NCBI GenBank assembly: GCA_964491895.1
Contig: CAZBHK010000003.1
Location: 6,723-70,722, forward strand
DNA: 64,000 bases
Source: an uncultured Pseudomonadota bacterium
Lineage (GTDB): Bacteria; Babelota; Babeliae; Babelales; UBA12411
Direction: 5' to 3'
In this document: positions 40,907-51,670 of the stretch, piece after piece
Position numbering within the stretch: position 1 is the first letter of the stretch
How the letters are laid out: every line of letters begins with the position of its first letter
The notes under the pieces: model-generated
Told to the model about the DNA's origin: nothing
Seen by the model: only the letters and a program-made list of their open reading frames with translations
Databases searched by the model: none
Program-made: the position numbers and the translations under genes

Positions 40907-41947
40907 ATGTCATTAATTTTAGGTATAGAAACGTCATGTGATGAGACAGCAGCAGCAGTTTATGATTGCGCTACTGAAAAAATGCTTTCAAGTTGTTTAT
41001 TTTCTCAAATAGAATTACATAAGATTTTCGGTGGTGTTGTACCTGAAATTGCATCACGTTCACACTTAGAAAAAATAGATGTTATTATTTCACGTGCCCT
41101 TCAAGATGCTCAACTCACATTTGATAATATTGATACTGTAGCTGTTACTAATACACCAGGCCTTGTAGGCTCATTACTTATAGGCGTATGTTTTGCTAAG
41201 ACTATAGCATGGGCTAAAAATAAAAATATTATTGGTGTAAATCATTTAGAAGGGCATATCTTTTCGTCTTTTTTAGAAGATGATATGTCTGCTAATATGC
41301 AGAAGCTTCCGTTCCCTCACATATGTCTCTCTGTTTCCGGAGGACATACATCATTTTATATTGTTAATGGTCTAGGTGATTATAAACTTCTTGGGCAGAC
41401 ATTGGATGATGCAGCCGGTGAAGCATTTGATAAAATAGCATCATTAATTGGTCTTGGTTATCCAGGTGGCGCAGCAATAGAAAAGTTAGCACAACAGTCT
41501 AATTTTGAAGATTTTTTTCATTATCCTAGAGGTAAGCGAGATAAAAAAAATTTAGATGTAAGTTTTTCTGGATTAAAAACAGCAGTATTGTATGACCTTG
41601 TTAGAAGACAGGCTTATGATTTAAAAACTGGGGTTGCTAATATTAATGAAGAGCTTAGAGCAAAGGTTGCAAGTTCATTACAGGTATGTATAGCAGATAT
41701 CTTTGAATATAAGCTTAATTTAGCATTTGATTTATATCCTGATATAAAAGGATTTTCATTCGTCGGTGGAGTGTCTTGTAATCAATACATGGCCGATAGA
41801 TTGAAGAAGGCTTGTGAAGCTCGAGGAAGGATATTTGCTAAAACGCCTAGAAGCTTTTCAACAGATAATGCAGCAATGATAGCCTTTGTCGGTGGCTATA
41901 AGGCTGAACAGGGTAAGTATTCTGATTTTGAATTAGATGTTATTTAG
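40907..41947 (+). CDS. tsaD: tRNA N6-adenosine threonylcarbamoyltransferase
   Basis: GIETSCDET, GGVVPEIASRSH, HLEGH, SGGHT, TDNAAMIA. Confidence 0.97.
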   Translation: MSLILGIETSCDETAAAVYDCATEKMLSSCLFSQIELHKIFGGVVPEIASRSHLEKIDVIISRALQDAQLTFDNIDTVAVTNTPGLVGSLLIGVCFAKTIAWAKNKNIIGVNHLEGHIFSSFLEDDMSANMQKLPFPHICLSVSGGHTSFYIVNGLGDYKLLGQTLDDAAGEAFDKIASLIGLGYPGGAAIEKLAQQSNFEDFFHYPRGKRDKKNLDVSFSGLKTAVLYDLVRRQAYDLKTGVANINEELRAKVASSLQVCIADIFEYKLNLAFDLYPDIKGFSFVGGVSCNQYMADRLKKACEARGRIFAKTPRSFSTDNAAMIAFVGGYKAEQGKYSDFELDVI

Positions 41948-42533
41948 CAACTACGATCTTTTTTTTGTCGTCTATAAATCTCATAGTTTCATTTTTTACA
42001 TCTACATGGAATGTTTTTTGATCAAGTCCATAAAGTAGAGATTTACCAGAAGACTTTTCTAATGCATTTTTTGTTATTTGATCTTTTAAAACTATGCGTG
42101 GCATGGTAAATGGACTATCTGTAATTGATACTTGCCATGGTAGTAATGTTTTCACAAGCTTTGGATTCATACGTACTATAAGTGTATGATCTGGTATCTC
42201 TTCGTTATATAGGTTAGTGACCTTCCAGCCATTATTAGTAGCTTTAAAGAATTTATATGGTTTTAAATAATTAAATTTAAGTTTTCTTACAGTGTTTTTC
42301 TTTTCTATGGCTGTTTCAAAATGTCTGCATATAAGAATATTAAATGGTTGTGTATCATTAGCATACATGCTGAAGAAGCCGTCATGGTCGCTATTAACTT
42401 GCTTACCTAAATAAACAATATTGTAGATTGGTAGACGGTTATGCTTAGAATCTATAAAGCCTTTAATTTGTGGGATACAATATAAATTATTGATAATAAG
42501 GCTGGTAATTAATAATAATATTTTATAATTCAT
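41940..42533 (-). CDS. Hypothetical secreted protein
   Basis: GGAG RBS; signal-peptide-like N-terminus. Confidence 0.65.
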   Translation of the reverse strand: MNYKILLLITSLIINNLYCIPQIKGFIDSKHNRLPIYNIVYLGKQVNSDHDGFFSMYANDTQPFNILICRHFETAIEKKNTVRKLKFNYLKPYKFFKATNNGWKVTNLYNEEIPDHTLIVRMNPKLVKTLLPWQVSITDSPFTMPRIVLKDQITKNALEKSSGKSLLYGLDQKTFHVDVKNETMRFIDDKKKIVVAK

Positions 42534-42636
42534 GGTTTCTCTCCGTATAGCATTTTACAAGGTGCTATGAAATGTTATCTTTACTGTAGCATAAAATAAA
42601 TATTATATATTTTTCCATAAAAGAGGTAAAAATCTT

Positions 42637-43089
42637 GTGATTAAAAAGGGATATGAAAAAGTTATATCCATGGTTAAAGAAGTTATAAGCTCTGGCAATG
42701 AGACACCTACTAGGTTAGCTACGGCTTGTTCTCTTGGTATCTTTGTAGCGTTTTCACCATTTCCAGGGTTTCATTCATTGATGCTTATAGCTATTCGTTG
42801 GTTATTTGGGTTAAATCTTGGAGTGCTATTTTTATTTGCATCTATTAATAACCCATGGACTATGGTTCCTTTTTATTTGCTAGATTATATTTTTGGTTAT
42901 TGGTTTTTACATGATTTACTTGGATGGAGTGGCGGGATCATGATATCATTAGAAAAGTTTTATGGTCCAGGATCAATATGTTTATGGTCCTTTATTGTGG
43001 GTGGTAATATTTTGGGAATAGTTGCTGGACTTATAAGTTATCCAATAGCTAAGAGGATTTTTAGTTTGGTATATAGGGAAAAAGCATGA
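42637..43089 (+). CDS. DUF2062 family membrane protein
   Basis: TPTRLA..SLGIFVAFSPF..H, NNPWT motif. Confidence 0.8.
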   Translation: MIKKGYEKVISMVKEVISSGNETPTRLATACSLGIFVAFSPFPGFHSLMLIAIRWLFGLNLGVLFLFASINNPWTMVPFYLLDYIFGYWFLHDLLGWSGGIMISLEKFYGPGSICLWSFIVGGNILGIVAGLISYPIAKRIFSLVYREKA

Positions 43090-43538
43090 AGGTAATAGCT
43101 GTTAATAAGAAAGCATATCATGATTATGAGGTCTTGGAGACTGTAGAAGCTGGAATTGTGCTTAGCGGTGATGAAGTTAAGTCGATAAGGGCTGGTCATA
43201 TTTCATTAAATGAATCCTATGCTACTGTATATCAGGGTGAGATTATGTTACTTAATTGTAATATTTCTCCATATTCGCATGCTTATCAAAAAGAAGAGAA
43301 GATATCTCGACGTAGTCGTAAGTTACTTTTACATAAAAAAGAGATTACTAGACTTATAGGTGCTGTTTCTCAAAAAGGGTTAACCTTAATACCATTGAAG
43401 GTTTATATAAGTAGTGGTGGCTTTATCAAGATAGAGATTGGACTCGCTAAGCACAAAAAAGCTGCGGGTAAAAAAAGAGAGCTTAAAGAAAAAGATATTA
43501 AGCGTGAAACAGAGAGAGCTATTAAGCTTCGTAGATAA
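43086..43538 (+). CDS. smpB: SsrA-binding protein
   Basis: NKKAYHDY, EAGIVLSGDEVKSIR, RKLLLHK. Confidence 0.97.
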   Translation: MKVIAVNKKAYHDYEVLETVEAGIVLSGDEVKSIRAGHISLNESYATVYQGEIMLLNCNISPYSHAYQKEEKISRRSRKLLLHKKEITRLIGAVSQKGLTLIPLKVYISSGGFIKIEIGLAKHKKAAGKKRELKEKDIKRETERAIKLRR

Positions 43539-43540
43539 TT

Positions 43541-44272
43541 ATGATTATAGGTAGTAGTATTTATCATCTTGCTACATGTAAGGATTCCTTTGAATGGATC
43601 AAAAATAATTTAGATAAACCAGATGGTACTGTATTATGGACAGATCATTTGGAAAATGCACATGGACGGCAAGGTCGTAAATGGTTAGTTAATTCTGGAC
43701 AGCTTTTGATCACTATTCTTTTAAAACCAACTGATGTCGATGTTAAACATTTGAATTATCTTAATATGGCATTAAGTGTTGGCTTTTTGAAGCCATTACA
43801 ACCATTTGATGTTGGTATCAAATGGCCTAATGATTTTATTATGAATAATAAAAAGTTAGGAGGCATGTTAATTAAGACTATTTGGGAAAATATGAAAGTT
43901 AAGGCACTAATTGTGGGGCTTGGTTTAAATATTAATAATAAATATTTCCCAGAAGAGTTAGAAAATAGTGCTATTAGTCTACATAATGTTTTAGGCAAAG
44001 ACACAGACTTAGAAAGTTTATTAAGGTTAACTTTACGTAAGACTAATGATTTTTATCAAAAATGGTTAAATAAAGAATACGAAACTATTTTTCAATGTTG
44101 GCAAAAGGAACAGTTTTTTAAAAATAGATATATTAAACTACATAAGTTTGATGGAACTGTTGTAACAGGTGTAGTGGAGGACTTTTCTCCAACAGGTGAT
44201 GTTTTCTTGAGAACAGAGTTTGGTGAGTTTTTAACTATACCCTTTTATGTTGTAGAAAATACGTATGTTTGA
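43541..44272 (+). CDS. birA: Biotin-protein ligase (no HTH domain)
   Basis: HGRQGRKW, KWPND, KLGGML, GLGLN. Confidence 0.88.
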   Translation: MIIGSSIYHLATCKDSFEWIKNNLDKPDGTVLWTDHLENAHGRQGRKWLVNSGQLLITILLKPTDVDVKHLNYLNMALSVGFLKPLQPFDVGIKWPNDFIMNNKKLGGMLIKTIWENMKVKALIVGLGLNINNKYFPEELENSAISLHNVLGKDTDLESLLRLTLRKTNDFYQKWLNKEYETIFQCWQKEQFFKNRYIKLHKFDGTVVTGVVEDFSPTGDVFLRTEFGEFLTIPFYVVENTYV

Positions 44273-44352
44273 AAAAATTGAAAATTAGTCTTATAGTTTG
44301 TTAGTCTTTTTTTGCAAAGTTAGTTTGTTTAAAACTTTGAAGGGAAATAATC

Positions 44353-44700
44353 GTGAAGATAGTTAAATTAATGATTTTATTGTGTGGACTGAGTGGTCTT
44401 AACGCTACAACTGAGAATAATGCTGTGACGCAAGAAAATGGCTTTGAAGAATGTAATTGTAGATTAGGTGAGACATCTAATGCAACCGGAGTAGAAACTC
44501 TTCATATGGATGATCTAGATGTTAATACAGTATTACTTATTGAGTCACCTAAAGAAATATTATTAAGGATTCCTGCCAATCTTGCAACACGTGATGGAGA
44601 TTTTTATTACATCAGCTTACAAAAAGAAGACGAGCCTGCTATAGAAGATCAAAAAGTTGTTGAAATACAACAGGCTGAACCTGTTGTAGATCCAGCCTAA
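44353..44700 (+). CDS. Hypothetical secreted acidic protein
   Basis: Signal peptide MKIVKLMILLCGLSGLNA. Confidence 0.65.
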   Translation: MKIVKLMILLCGLSGLNATTENNAVTQENGFEECNCRLGETSNATGVETLHMDDLDVNTVLLIESPKEILLRIPANLATRDGDFYYISLQKEDEPAIEDQKVVEIQQAEPVVDPA

Positions 44701-44705
44701 GTTTA

Positions 44706-44759
44706 TTTTAAAATAATAAGGGACTCCTGTATAAACGGGAGTCCCTTATTATTTTAAAA
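44706..44759. terminator. Bidirectional terminator
   Basis: TTTTAAAATAATAAGGGACTCCTGT-ataa-ACGGGAGTCCCTTATTATTTTAAAA between convergent genes. Confidence 0.85.
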
Positions 44760-45410
44760 GAGGTCCTTTTTACCTAATTTTTCCCAGTCAGCATCGAAGA
44801 TTTTAATACCTTGTTCTGTTAATGGATGCTTCATAAGTTTATCTAGAAGTGTTGGTGGTATGGTTGCTACATCTGAGCCAAGAAGTGTTACATGGTGAAG
44901 ATGCATTACACTTCGAATTGAAGCTGAAAGTAATTCTGATGTAAAACTATAAGTATCTAACATCTGGCGCATCTCTTCTATAAGTTGTAACCCATCGATA
45001 TCGATATCATCCCATCTTCCAATAAATGGAGATATATATTTAACTCCCAGTTTTGCAACAAGAAGAGCTTGTATCACAGAGAACACCAACGTAACGTTAA
45101 TTGCTACACCATCTTTAACAAGTCTTTGTATTACTGAAAGATAATCTTTGTGGAAAGGGATTTTGACAACAACATTGCTTGCGAGAGAAGCGATGTGATG
45201 TGCTTGATGATAAACTGCTTCAGGTTTTTTTTCTACAACCTCTATGCTTACATCACCAGGTACAATATTACATATATCTAAAAGAACTTCTTTTGTATTA
45301 GGGCCTTCTTTGCTTAACAATGATGGATTGGTTGTGACGCCATCTATTATGCCTGTTGGAATCCATTCTTTAATTAGTTCACGATTTGCGGTATCTAAAA
45401 ATAATTTCAT
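44754..45410 (-). CDS. tal: Transaldolase (short Tal/FSA family)
   Basis: FLDTA, GVTTNPSL, VVKIP; Glu in SIEV and Phe in SPFIGR indicate transaldolase rather than FSA. Confidence 0.9.
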   Translation of the reverse strand: MKLFLDTANRELIKEWIPTGIIDGVTTNPSLLSKEGPNTKEVLLDICNIVPGDVSIEVVEKKPEAVYHQAHHIASLASNVVVKIPFHKDYLSVIQRLVKDGVAINVTLVFSVIQALLVAKLGVKYISPFIGRWDDIDIDGLQLIEEMRQMLDTYSFTSELLSASIRSVMHLHHVTLLGSDVATIPPTLLDKLMKHPLTEQGIKIFDADWEKLGKKDLF

Positions 45411-45417
45411 GTATTAC

Positions 45418-47856
45418 CTATATGATTACAAAATTTATAATTCTGTCCTTAATAAAAATTATTTTAACAATTTTTTTATCTTCTAGCCATTTTGCAATAT
45501 TAGCTTCAGCTAAAGATTGTATTTCTTGTTGTTCTTTCCCAGGTTCTACTATAAGTGTACCTCTGAGTTTTCCATTTATTTGAATCCCAATTTCAACCTC
45601 TGAGACTTTTGCGAGCTCGGGGTTGTAGATAGGCCATGAACATTCTTTGAGTTGTTTTTGAAGTATTCTTTCTAAAGCTTCACTTGAGAAGTGTGGAACC
45701 ATTATAGATATTACTGTTAAAAATTGTTCCAAAATAGTGTGGGTAATTTTTAAGTTGTGTGCGCTAAGTTCATTAAGATATTCCATGGTTGCAGAGACAG
45801 CGGTATTGACTTTGAATGTATCAATACGTTCTTGATACTCTTTCAAAAATCTATGAAATCTTTTTAATGATGTTGGACTTACTTCATCAACAATATTTTG
45901 TTTGTTGTTAATGAATAACCATAATCTATGTATGAACCCACTAAGTCCCTTAATTGCTTCTGATTGCCATACAGTATCAAGTTCTGGCGGTCCCATGAAT
46001 AGCATGTACATTCTAAGAACATCTGAGCCATATTCGTTTACAATATCGTCTGGATTAACAACGTTGCCTTTTGATTTGGACATTTTTTCTGTACGGCCTG
46101 TTTCTTTAGAATATGCGCAAACCATGCCCTGGTTAAATAAGTGGGTAAATGGTTCATCAAATGGTAAGAATTTTAGATCATAAAGAACTTTGATATAAAA
46201 GCGTGAATATAAAAGATGTAATATTGCATGTTCAACACCGCCTATGTAGAGATCTACTGGTAACCAGTACTTCATATCCTCTTCAGTAAACGGCTTATCT
46301 TTTAAGTGTGGATTTGGATAACGTAAGAAATACCAACAGGAACCAGCCCATTGAGGCATAGTATTGGTTTCTCTTTTTGCTGGTGTTTTACATACTGGGC
46401 ATGGAGTATTAACCCATTCCTTAATATTGGCTAATGGTGATTCTCCTGTACCAGTTGGTTGATAATCCTTAACTTCTGGTAACAATACAGGAAGTTGATC
46501 TTCTGGTATAGGTACAATACCACATTTTGTGCAGTGCACTAGCGGTATAGGTTCTCCCCAATAACGTTGCCTAGAAAAGGTCCAATCTCTAAGCTTGTAA
46601 GCTACTTTTTTCTGAGCATAACCTTTTTTTATGCAGTATTCGATAATAGCCTCTCTATTTTCACCTGAAACCTTACCAGCAAAAATTTCTGGTGCTGACA
46701 AAATACCATTAACCATGTCTGTATAACAGGTTTTTAATGAAACTATTTCTTCTTTTAGAGCAGGGTCATTTGGTGGGAAGAGTACGGGCCTGAGTTTAAT
46801 ACCATATTTTTTTGCAAATTTAAAATCACGTTCATCATGGGCAGAACATTTGATTATTCCGGTACCATAATGTGAAATTGCAAAGCTTGCTATCCATATT
46901 GGGAGATCTTCTTTAGAGATTGGATCAATAATGTATCTACCGGTAAAGATTCCCTCAGGTTCTTTTTCATCTAGAGAGATCTTACGTTTTTGTATAAGTT
47001 TTTCACAAAACTTTAAAATTTGTTCTTTATTTAGAATGCCTTCTAAAAGTTTTAGAAGTAGAGGATGATCTGGGGCTATTACAACAAAGGTATCTGCGGC
47101 AAAGGTTTCAAAATGAGCGGAGAATGTTTGTATTGTTAAGTTAGTATTTTTTACTGGAGCGGTGAATACAAGGCCTTCATTTTTGCCGATCCAGTTTTTC
47201 TGCATGAGTTTAACTTTTTCAGGCCATTCAAGTTTATCTAAGCCATTTAAAAGTTTTTCTGCATATTCTGTAATTTTTAACATCCATTGACGAATAGATT
47301 TTTGTTCTGTTGTTGAACTACAGCGATCGCATTTTCCATTAATGACCTCTTCGTTAGCTAGGCCGGTTTTGCAACTAGGGCACCAGTTTATAGGCTGGAA
47401 TGATTCATAAGCCAGTCCAGCTTTATACATTTGTAAAAAGATCCACTGCGTCCATTTATAATAGTTTGGATCAGTTGTATTTAGTTCTTTTGACCAGTCA
47501 TACATAGCACCAATAGTTTTGAGTTGTTTTTTGAAGGTGGTAATATTTTTGTTAGTATTGATGGCAGGGTGTATTCCTTCTTTAATGGCGGCATTCTCTG
47601 CTGGTAATCCAAAGGCATCCCAGCCCATTGGATGTAATACATTGTATCCTTCTAGGAATTTTTTACGCGAGTAAACATCAGATAGTACATATCCCTTCCA
47701 GTGTCCTACATGGAGTCCAGATCCTGAAGGGTATGGGAACATATCTAGACAATAGTATTTTTTACCTTTAGTTTTTGTTTTAAAATATGGGTCTTTTTCC
47801 CATAACTCTTGCCACTTTTTTTCTACACCTTTAAATGAATAACTCATACCTAGCAT
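45418..47856 (-). CDS. leuS: Leucine--tRNA ligase
   Basis: [36 protein letters not shown]. Confidence 0.98.
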   Translation of the reverse strand: MLGMSYSFKGVEKKWQELWEKDPYFKTKTKGKKYYCLDMFPYPSGSGLHVGHWKGYVLSDVYSRKKFLEGYNVLHPMGWDAFGLPAENAAIKEGIHPAINTNKNITTFKKQLKTIGAMYDWSKELNTTDPNYYKWTQWIFLQMYKAGLAYESFQPINWCPSCKTGLANEEVINGKCDRCSSTTEQKSIRQWMLKITEYAEKLLNGLDKLEWPEKVKLMQKNWIGKNEGLVFTAPVKNTNLTIQTFSAHFETFAADTFVVIAPDHPLLLKLLEGILNKEQILKFCEKLIQKRKISLDEKEPEGIFTGRYIIDPISKEDLPIWIASFAISHYGTGIIKCSAHDERDFKFAKKYGIKLRPVLFPPNDPALKEEIVSLKTCYTDMVNGILSAPEIFAGKVSGENREAIIEYCIKKGYAQKKVAYKLRDWTFSRQRYWGEPIPLVHCTKCGIVPIPEDQLPVLLPEVKDYQPTGTGESPLANIKEWVNTPCPVCKTPAKRETNTMPQWAGSCWYFLRYPNPHLKDKPFTEEDMKYWLPVDLYIGGVEHAILHLLYSRFYIKVLYDLKFLPFDEPFTHLFNQGMVCAYSKETGRTEKMSKSKGNVVNPDDIVNEYGSDVLRMYMLFMGPPELDTVWQSEAIKGLSGFIHRLWLFINNKQNIVDEVSPTSLKRFHRFLKEYQERIDTFKVNTAVSATMEYLNELSAHNLKITHTILEQFLTVISIMVPHFSSEALERILQKQLKECSWPIYNPELAKVSEVEIGIQINGKLRGTLIVEPGKEQQEIQSLAEANIAKWLEDKKIVKIIFIKDRIINFVII

Positions 47857-48044
47857 CCTTAAAAAACAAAATATTTATTAATAGCTTATATTAACATAAA
47901 TAATTAACTTTTTGATTACCTAGCTTAATAAAGTGCAATTTGTAAATTATTGACTAATAGTATCTGTTTTTATTAGATTTATAATTAGAAGCATAGTTGT
48001 TCGAATGGTAAAGTATAGATATTAGAGTTGGTAATGGGGGAGAC

Positions 48045-49382
48045 ATGGATGTAAGAAAATGCTTAGTTCTAATGGTTTTTTTACTATCTTTTCATTTTCT
48101 TTGTCCATCAAGTAATGTTGCTGAATGGACATTTTTAAGCTATGTAGAAGCTGATAATGACCTTGCAAAGTTTATGGTAAAAAATTTGAAGGATATGGCT
48201 AAGGTTGGTTCTAGTAGAAATGTAAATATTCTAGTTCAAATAAATAAGCCAAAAAAGAAAGGGATGTCTCGTTATATAGTTAGAAAAGATAAACTCGAGT
48301 TAGTCGAAGATCTTCCTAAGGAGATGACAGGAGATGTTGTTAAAGATCTTGTAAGCTCTGCTAATTGGGCATTTGGTCCAAATACTAAATATCCATCAAA
48401 GTATAAGGCACTTATAGAGGGGGATCATGGTTCAGGAATTTTGGATCCAACTAAGTGGTCAACTAGTTTGGGAAGATTTAATGGTTTATCAACAGGGCAG
48501 CGAGGTATGTTTTTTAATTATTCAACGCTTACATACATGAATAATCAACAACACATTGAAGCATTAAAAAAAATAAAGGATCAAGTATTAGGTGGTAAAA
48601 AACTTAATATTTTGGGAATGGATGCTTGTTTAATGGCTATGGTGGAAGTTGGTTTTCAGGTTAAGGATTATGCTGAGTTATTTGTATCTTCTCAAGAAGT
48701 AGCTAGTGCTTTGGGCTGGCCTTATGATTCTTTCTTAAAGTTGGCAGAGAATGGGAAAATGAATCCTGATGACCTTGTTAAAAATATTGTTTTATCTTAT
48801 GGAGTTTATTACAAGGATAAGGTTTCTTGGTATACACAATCTGCTGTAGATTTAACTAAAATGGACTTGATTAAGGAGCATATAGATCAAATTATTATAG
48901 ATATTGTAAGATGCCAACAAGTCTTTGGATTTACTTCAGTAAAAAATATTGTGCATAGTGCACGAAAAGCTTCATTACAATTTAATCTTCCATGTTACAT
49001 AGATTTACATTCATTTTTTACTGAACTTTATAAGCGTCTTGATATGTCAAAACTTAGATCTCAATATCAAAATGCACCTTGGGTTACACAGAGTTCTATT
49101 TTCTCTAATGAGAATATAATGTTAGGTGGAGTTAAAGATATTCAAAGCAAAAGTGTAGCACCAATCAATGATATTTCTGTATTAGCACAATTAAAAGAAA
49201 AACTTTTAATAACTACAAAACTAATTGAAAATATAGTTTTGGCTAATGCATATGGTCAAGGAACATCTCGTGCAAGAGGGCTTTCAATATATTATCCAGA
49301 ATATGGTATTGATTCTTCTTATCCTAAAACAGAATTTGCAAAAAGTAGTTTATGGATGAAGTTTTTAATTGACATGTTATAA
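48045..49382 (+). CDS. Secreted clostripain-family (C11) cysteine peptidase
   Basis: WTFLSYVEADNDL, DHGSG (His), MDACLM (Cys), GLSIYYP; signal peptide. Confidence 0.88.
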   Translation: MDVRKCLVLMVFLLSFHFLCPSSNVAEWTFLSYVEADNDLAKFMVKNLKDMAKVGSSRNVNILVQINKPKKKGMSRYIVRKDKLELVEDLPKEMTGDVVKDLVSSANWAFGPNTKYPSKYKALIEGDHGSGILDPTKWSTSLGRFNGLSTGQRGMFFNYSTLTYMNNQQHIEALKKIKDQVLGGKKLNILGMDACLMAMVEVGFQVKDYAELFVSSQEVASALGWPYDSFLKLAENGKMNPDDLVKNIVLSYGVYYKDKVSWYTQSAVDLTKMDLIKEHIDQIIIDIVRCQQVFGFTSVKNIVHSARKASLQFNLPCYIDLHSFFTELYKRLDMSKLRSQYQNAPWVTQSSIFSNENIMLGGVKDIQSKSVAPINDISVLAQLKEKLLITTKLIENIVLANAYGQGTSRARGLSIYYPEYGIDSSYPKTEFAKSSLWMKFLIDML

Positions 49383-49425
49383 CCTAATTTTTTTTGATAT
49401 AGTAAAACTTTGTGAGGAGTTTTAA

Positions 49426-50052
49426 ATGTCAGAAATAAATTTAGTTAATCAAGTTTATAGACACAAAGAAGATGAAGAAATACTTGTTGTTCCGAGAAAG
49501 AAACTTTTTCCACAAGAAATAACTCAAGGTATAAAAAAAATAGATTTTTATGATTATGAAGAGCTTATAAATTGCTTTGGAATCTTCATGTGGAGAAGTC
49601 AGGCAGAAATAGATCCAAATTTTAAACAGATTATTCCATATCTTATATTTAATTTCAATGACAAGTATTTTTTAGTGCAACGTAAATCAAGCGCAAGTGA
49701 AGTACGCTTACAAAATAAGTATTCATTAGCTATTGGTGGACATATTCGTAAAGAAGATATTGCTGAGAAAAATATTATTAATTGGGCGTGGCGTGAATTC
49801 CATGAAGAAGTAAGTTATTCTGGAAAACTAGAAATAGAGCCATTAGGCATACTTAATGACGAAGCAGATTTTGTTGGTACTGTTCATACAGGATTTGTTT
49901 TTTTGTTAAAGGGTGATAACGAAAATATAAAAATTAGGTCAGAACTTAAAAGTGGAACACTTTTAACCCTTGATGAGTGTAAACATTTTTATTCTAACAT
50001 GGAGAGCTGGAGTCAATTTGTTTTTAACCATTTATTGCAGACCAAAGAGTAA
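49426..50052 (+). CDS. NUDIX-superfamily phosphoesterase (YmaB-like)
   Basis: KQIIPY, E.RL..KYSL.IGGHI, REFHEEV, G.VH.G, ESWSQ. Confidence 0.8.
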   Translation: MSEINLVNQVYRHKEDEEILVVPRKKLFPQEITQGIKKIDFYDYEELINCFGIFMWRSQAEIDPNFKQIIPYLIFNFNDKYFLVQRKSSASEVRLQNKYSLAIGGHIRKEDIAEKNIINWAWREFHEEVSYSGKLEIEPLGILNDEADFVGTVHTGFVFLLKGDNENIKIRSELKSGTLLTLDECKHFYSNMESWSQFVFNHLLQTKE

Positions 50053-50809
50053 GAAATTGTTCGAATGATAATTCTTGAGCTCTCTTGAGCATTAAAGCTT
50101 CAGGTACTTTAGAAAAATCATAGTGTGTCGATTTAAAATTATTTCTAATAGTTCTTCTTGGCTGTTTAAATGTTACTTTGAGAAATTGCCAGAATTGTTC
50201 TTCATCCTTAATTGTAATTTGATCATGCTTAGGCTTGAAATAAACTAATCTTGATTGAACCTTTGGAGGAGGAGAGAATGCTCCAGATTCTATTTTTTCT
50301 AATAATTCAAAATCAAAGCTGTATTGTAGGAAAACTGATGTTGCACTATAACTGCGACCTCTTTTAGCAACTAGTTTCTGCGCAACCTCTTCCTGTACCA
50401 TAACTACACCTTCTTCAAAAAAATCCTTATTTTCTTGCAGTAAAAACATGATGGGAAATGTTATTTGGTATGGTAGGTTAGCTAATAGCACCCAAGGTTT
50501 ATTTATCTCAAGAGATTTTATATCAACATCAAGTATATTTTCTATATTGATTATAAGTCTAGGATCCTTGATCCTGTCTTTAACAAAAGTTGCCCATTCA
50601 GGGTCTATCTCAAAACATACAAGTTTTTTACAAGCTGTTTGTTCTAATATAGCTTTTGTTAAGAAACCGTCTCCGCAGCCTATTTCCATGACAGAGGTAT
50701 CTTTTGTAATGCTTACCTTGCTGATCATGTTGTCTACAACAGACTGTTTTCTTAAAAAATGTTGGCCTAGCGCCTTTTTTATTCTTGGGATTTCAGTATT
50801 TATTATCAT
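50024..50809 (-). CDS. rsmA: 16S rRNA adenine dimethyltransferase
   Basis: KKALGQHFL, EIGCGDG, ANLPY, FSPPPKV. Confidence 0.95.
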   Translation of the reverse strand: MIINTEIPRIKKALGQHFLRKQSVVDNMISKVSITKDTSVMEIGCGDGFLTKAILEQTACKKLVCFEIDPEWATFVKDRIKDPRLIINIENILDVDIKSLEINKPWVLLANLPYQITFPIMFLLQENKDFFEEGVVMVQEEVAQKLVAKRGRSYSATSVFLQYSFDFELLEKIESGAFSPPPKVQSRLVYFKPKHDQITIKDEEQFWQFLKVTFKQPRRTIRNNFKSTHYDFSKVPEALMLKRAQELSFEQFLTLWSAING

Positions 50810-50913
50810 AGTCTTAATTATAAGGGAAACTGGTATTTCTTGCTATTTATTATAGAAATTTAAAAAAAATTGGGTTTTTATCAAAAAATAGCCATTTTTT
50901 AATTTTTTGTAAT

Positions 50914-50941
50914 TTGACAAATAGAAAAGATGGGTTATATT
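50914..50941 (+). promoter_or_regulatory. Promoter of ssrA
   Basis: TTGACA-N16-TATATT upstream of tmRNA. Confidence 0.55.
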
Positions 50942-50971
50942 AAAGGTATAGATTGAAATCTTCCAAAATAT

Positions 50972-51337
50972 GGGGGCGTAACGGCTTCGACGTTGCGTTT
51001 GTTGTGCGAAGAGCATGTCGAGTTTTGTTTGTGAACTCGTAAAAAAAACGGACAAATCAAATAAATGCAAACAGTTATAATACTGTAGCTGCAGCCGCCT
51101 AAAACGGCTCAGTTCTTGTTAGATGAGCGCGTCTATCCGTTTGTCTAGCTCGTATAACCCAAGATAGAATTTTTAGATTAGAGTTTTTGGTTTTGTAGTC
51201 TAAAAATATCACTAAACTAGCTATTGCCATATGCTATGCCTCTGAGGCGTTGGTAGTAGAATATTCAGAGGATAAACATGTAGCGCTTTGTGCTTGAGAT
51301 GTATCGGACATGGGTTCGACTCCCATCGCCTCCACCA
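50972..51337 (+). ncRNA. ssrA: tmRNA; tag ANSYNTVAAAA* at 51067-51102
   Basis: 5' GGGGGCGTAACGGCTTCGAC; 3' GGGTTCGACTCCCATCGCCTCCACCA; ATAAAT before the GCA resume codon; Ala-rich tag end. Confidence 0.96.
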
Positions 51338-51344
51338 AATTTTT

Positions 51345-51377
51345 ATAGCAGCAAGTACTAGACTTGCTGCTATTTTT
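51345..51377 (+). terminator. ssrA terminator
   Basis: ATAGCAGCAAGT-actag-ACTTGCTGCTAT followed by a T run. Confidence 0.85.
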
Positions 51378-51412
51378 AGTTTTGTTACTCTATAATTTTT
51401 AGAGGATGAAAC

Positions 51413-51613
51413 ATGTTAAGGTGATTTTTAGCCTTTATTATTCTTTTATTTATATTCCAGAACATATTCTCAGAAGGTGCAAATGAAGAGCTTTTTTATA
51501 ATAAACTTCAAATTAAATTAGAAAAAGGTATTTCTAATCAGCATGTTGCCGTAGATATTTTGGAGGAAGAATGTTTTTCTGGTAAAGCTGTTATTGCTGA
51601 TCAGAAGGGTTGA
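51413..51613 (+). pseudogene. Remnant of a secreted-protein gene
   Basis: AGAGGA RBS, then MLR*FLAFIILLFIFQNIFS-EGANEEL..., open for 62 codons after a TGA at codon 4. Confidence 0.45.
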
Positions 51614-51670
51614 TACAAATAGATTTTCTGATATCTTAGCATTTAGTTATTACAACACATAAGGAATAAT

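Noticed and set aside
50843-51070. 75-aa minus-strand ORF
   Set aside because: Antisense to tmRNA and its promoter.
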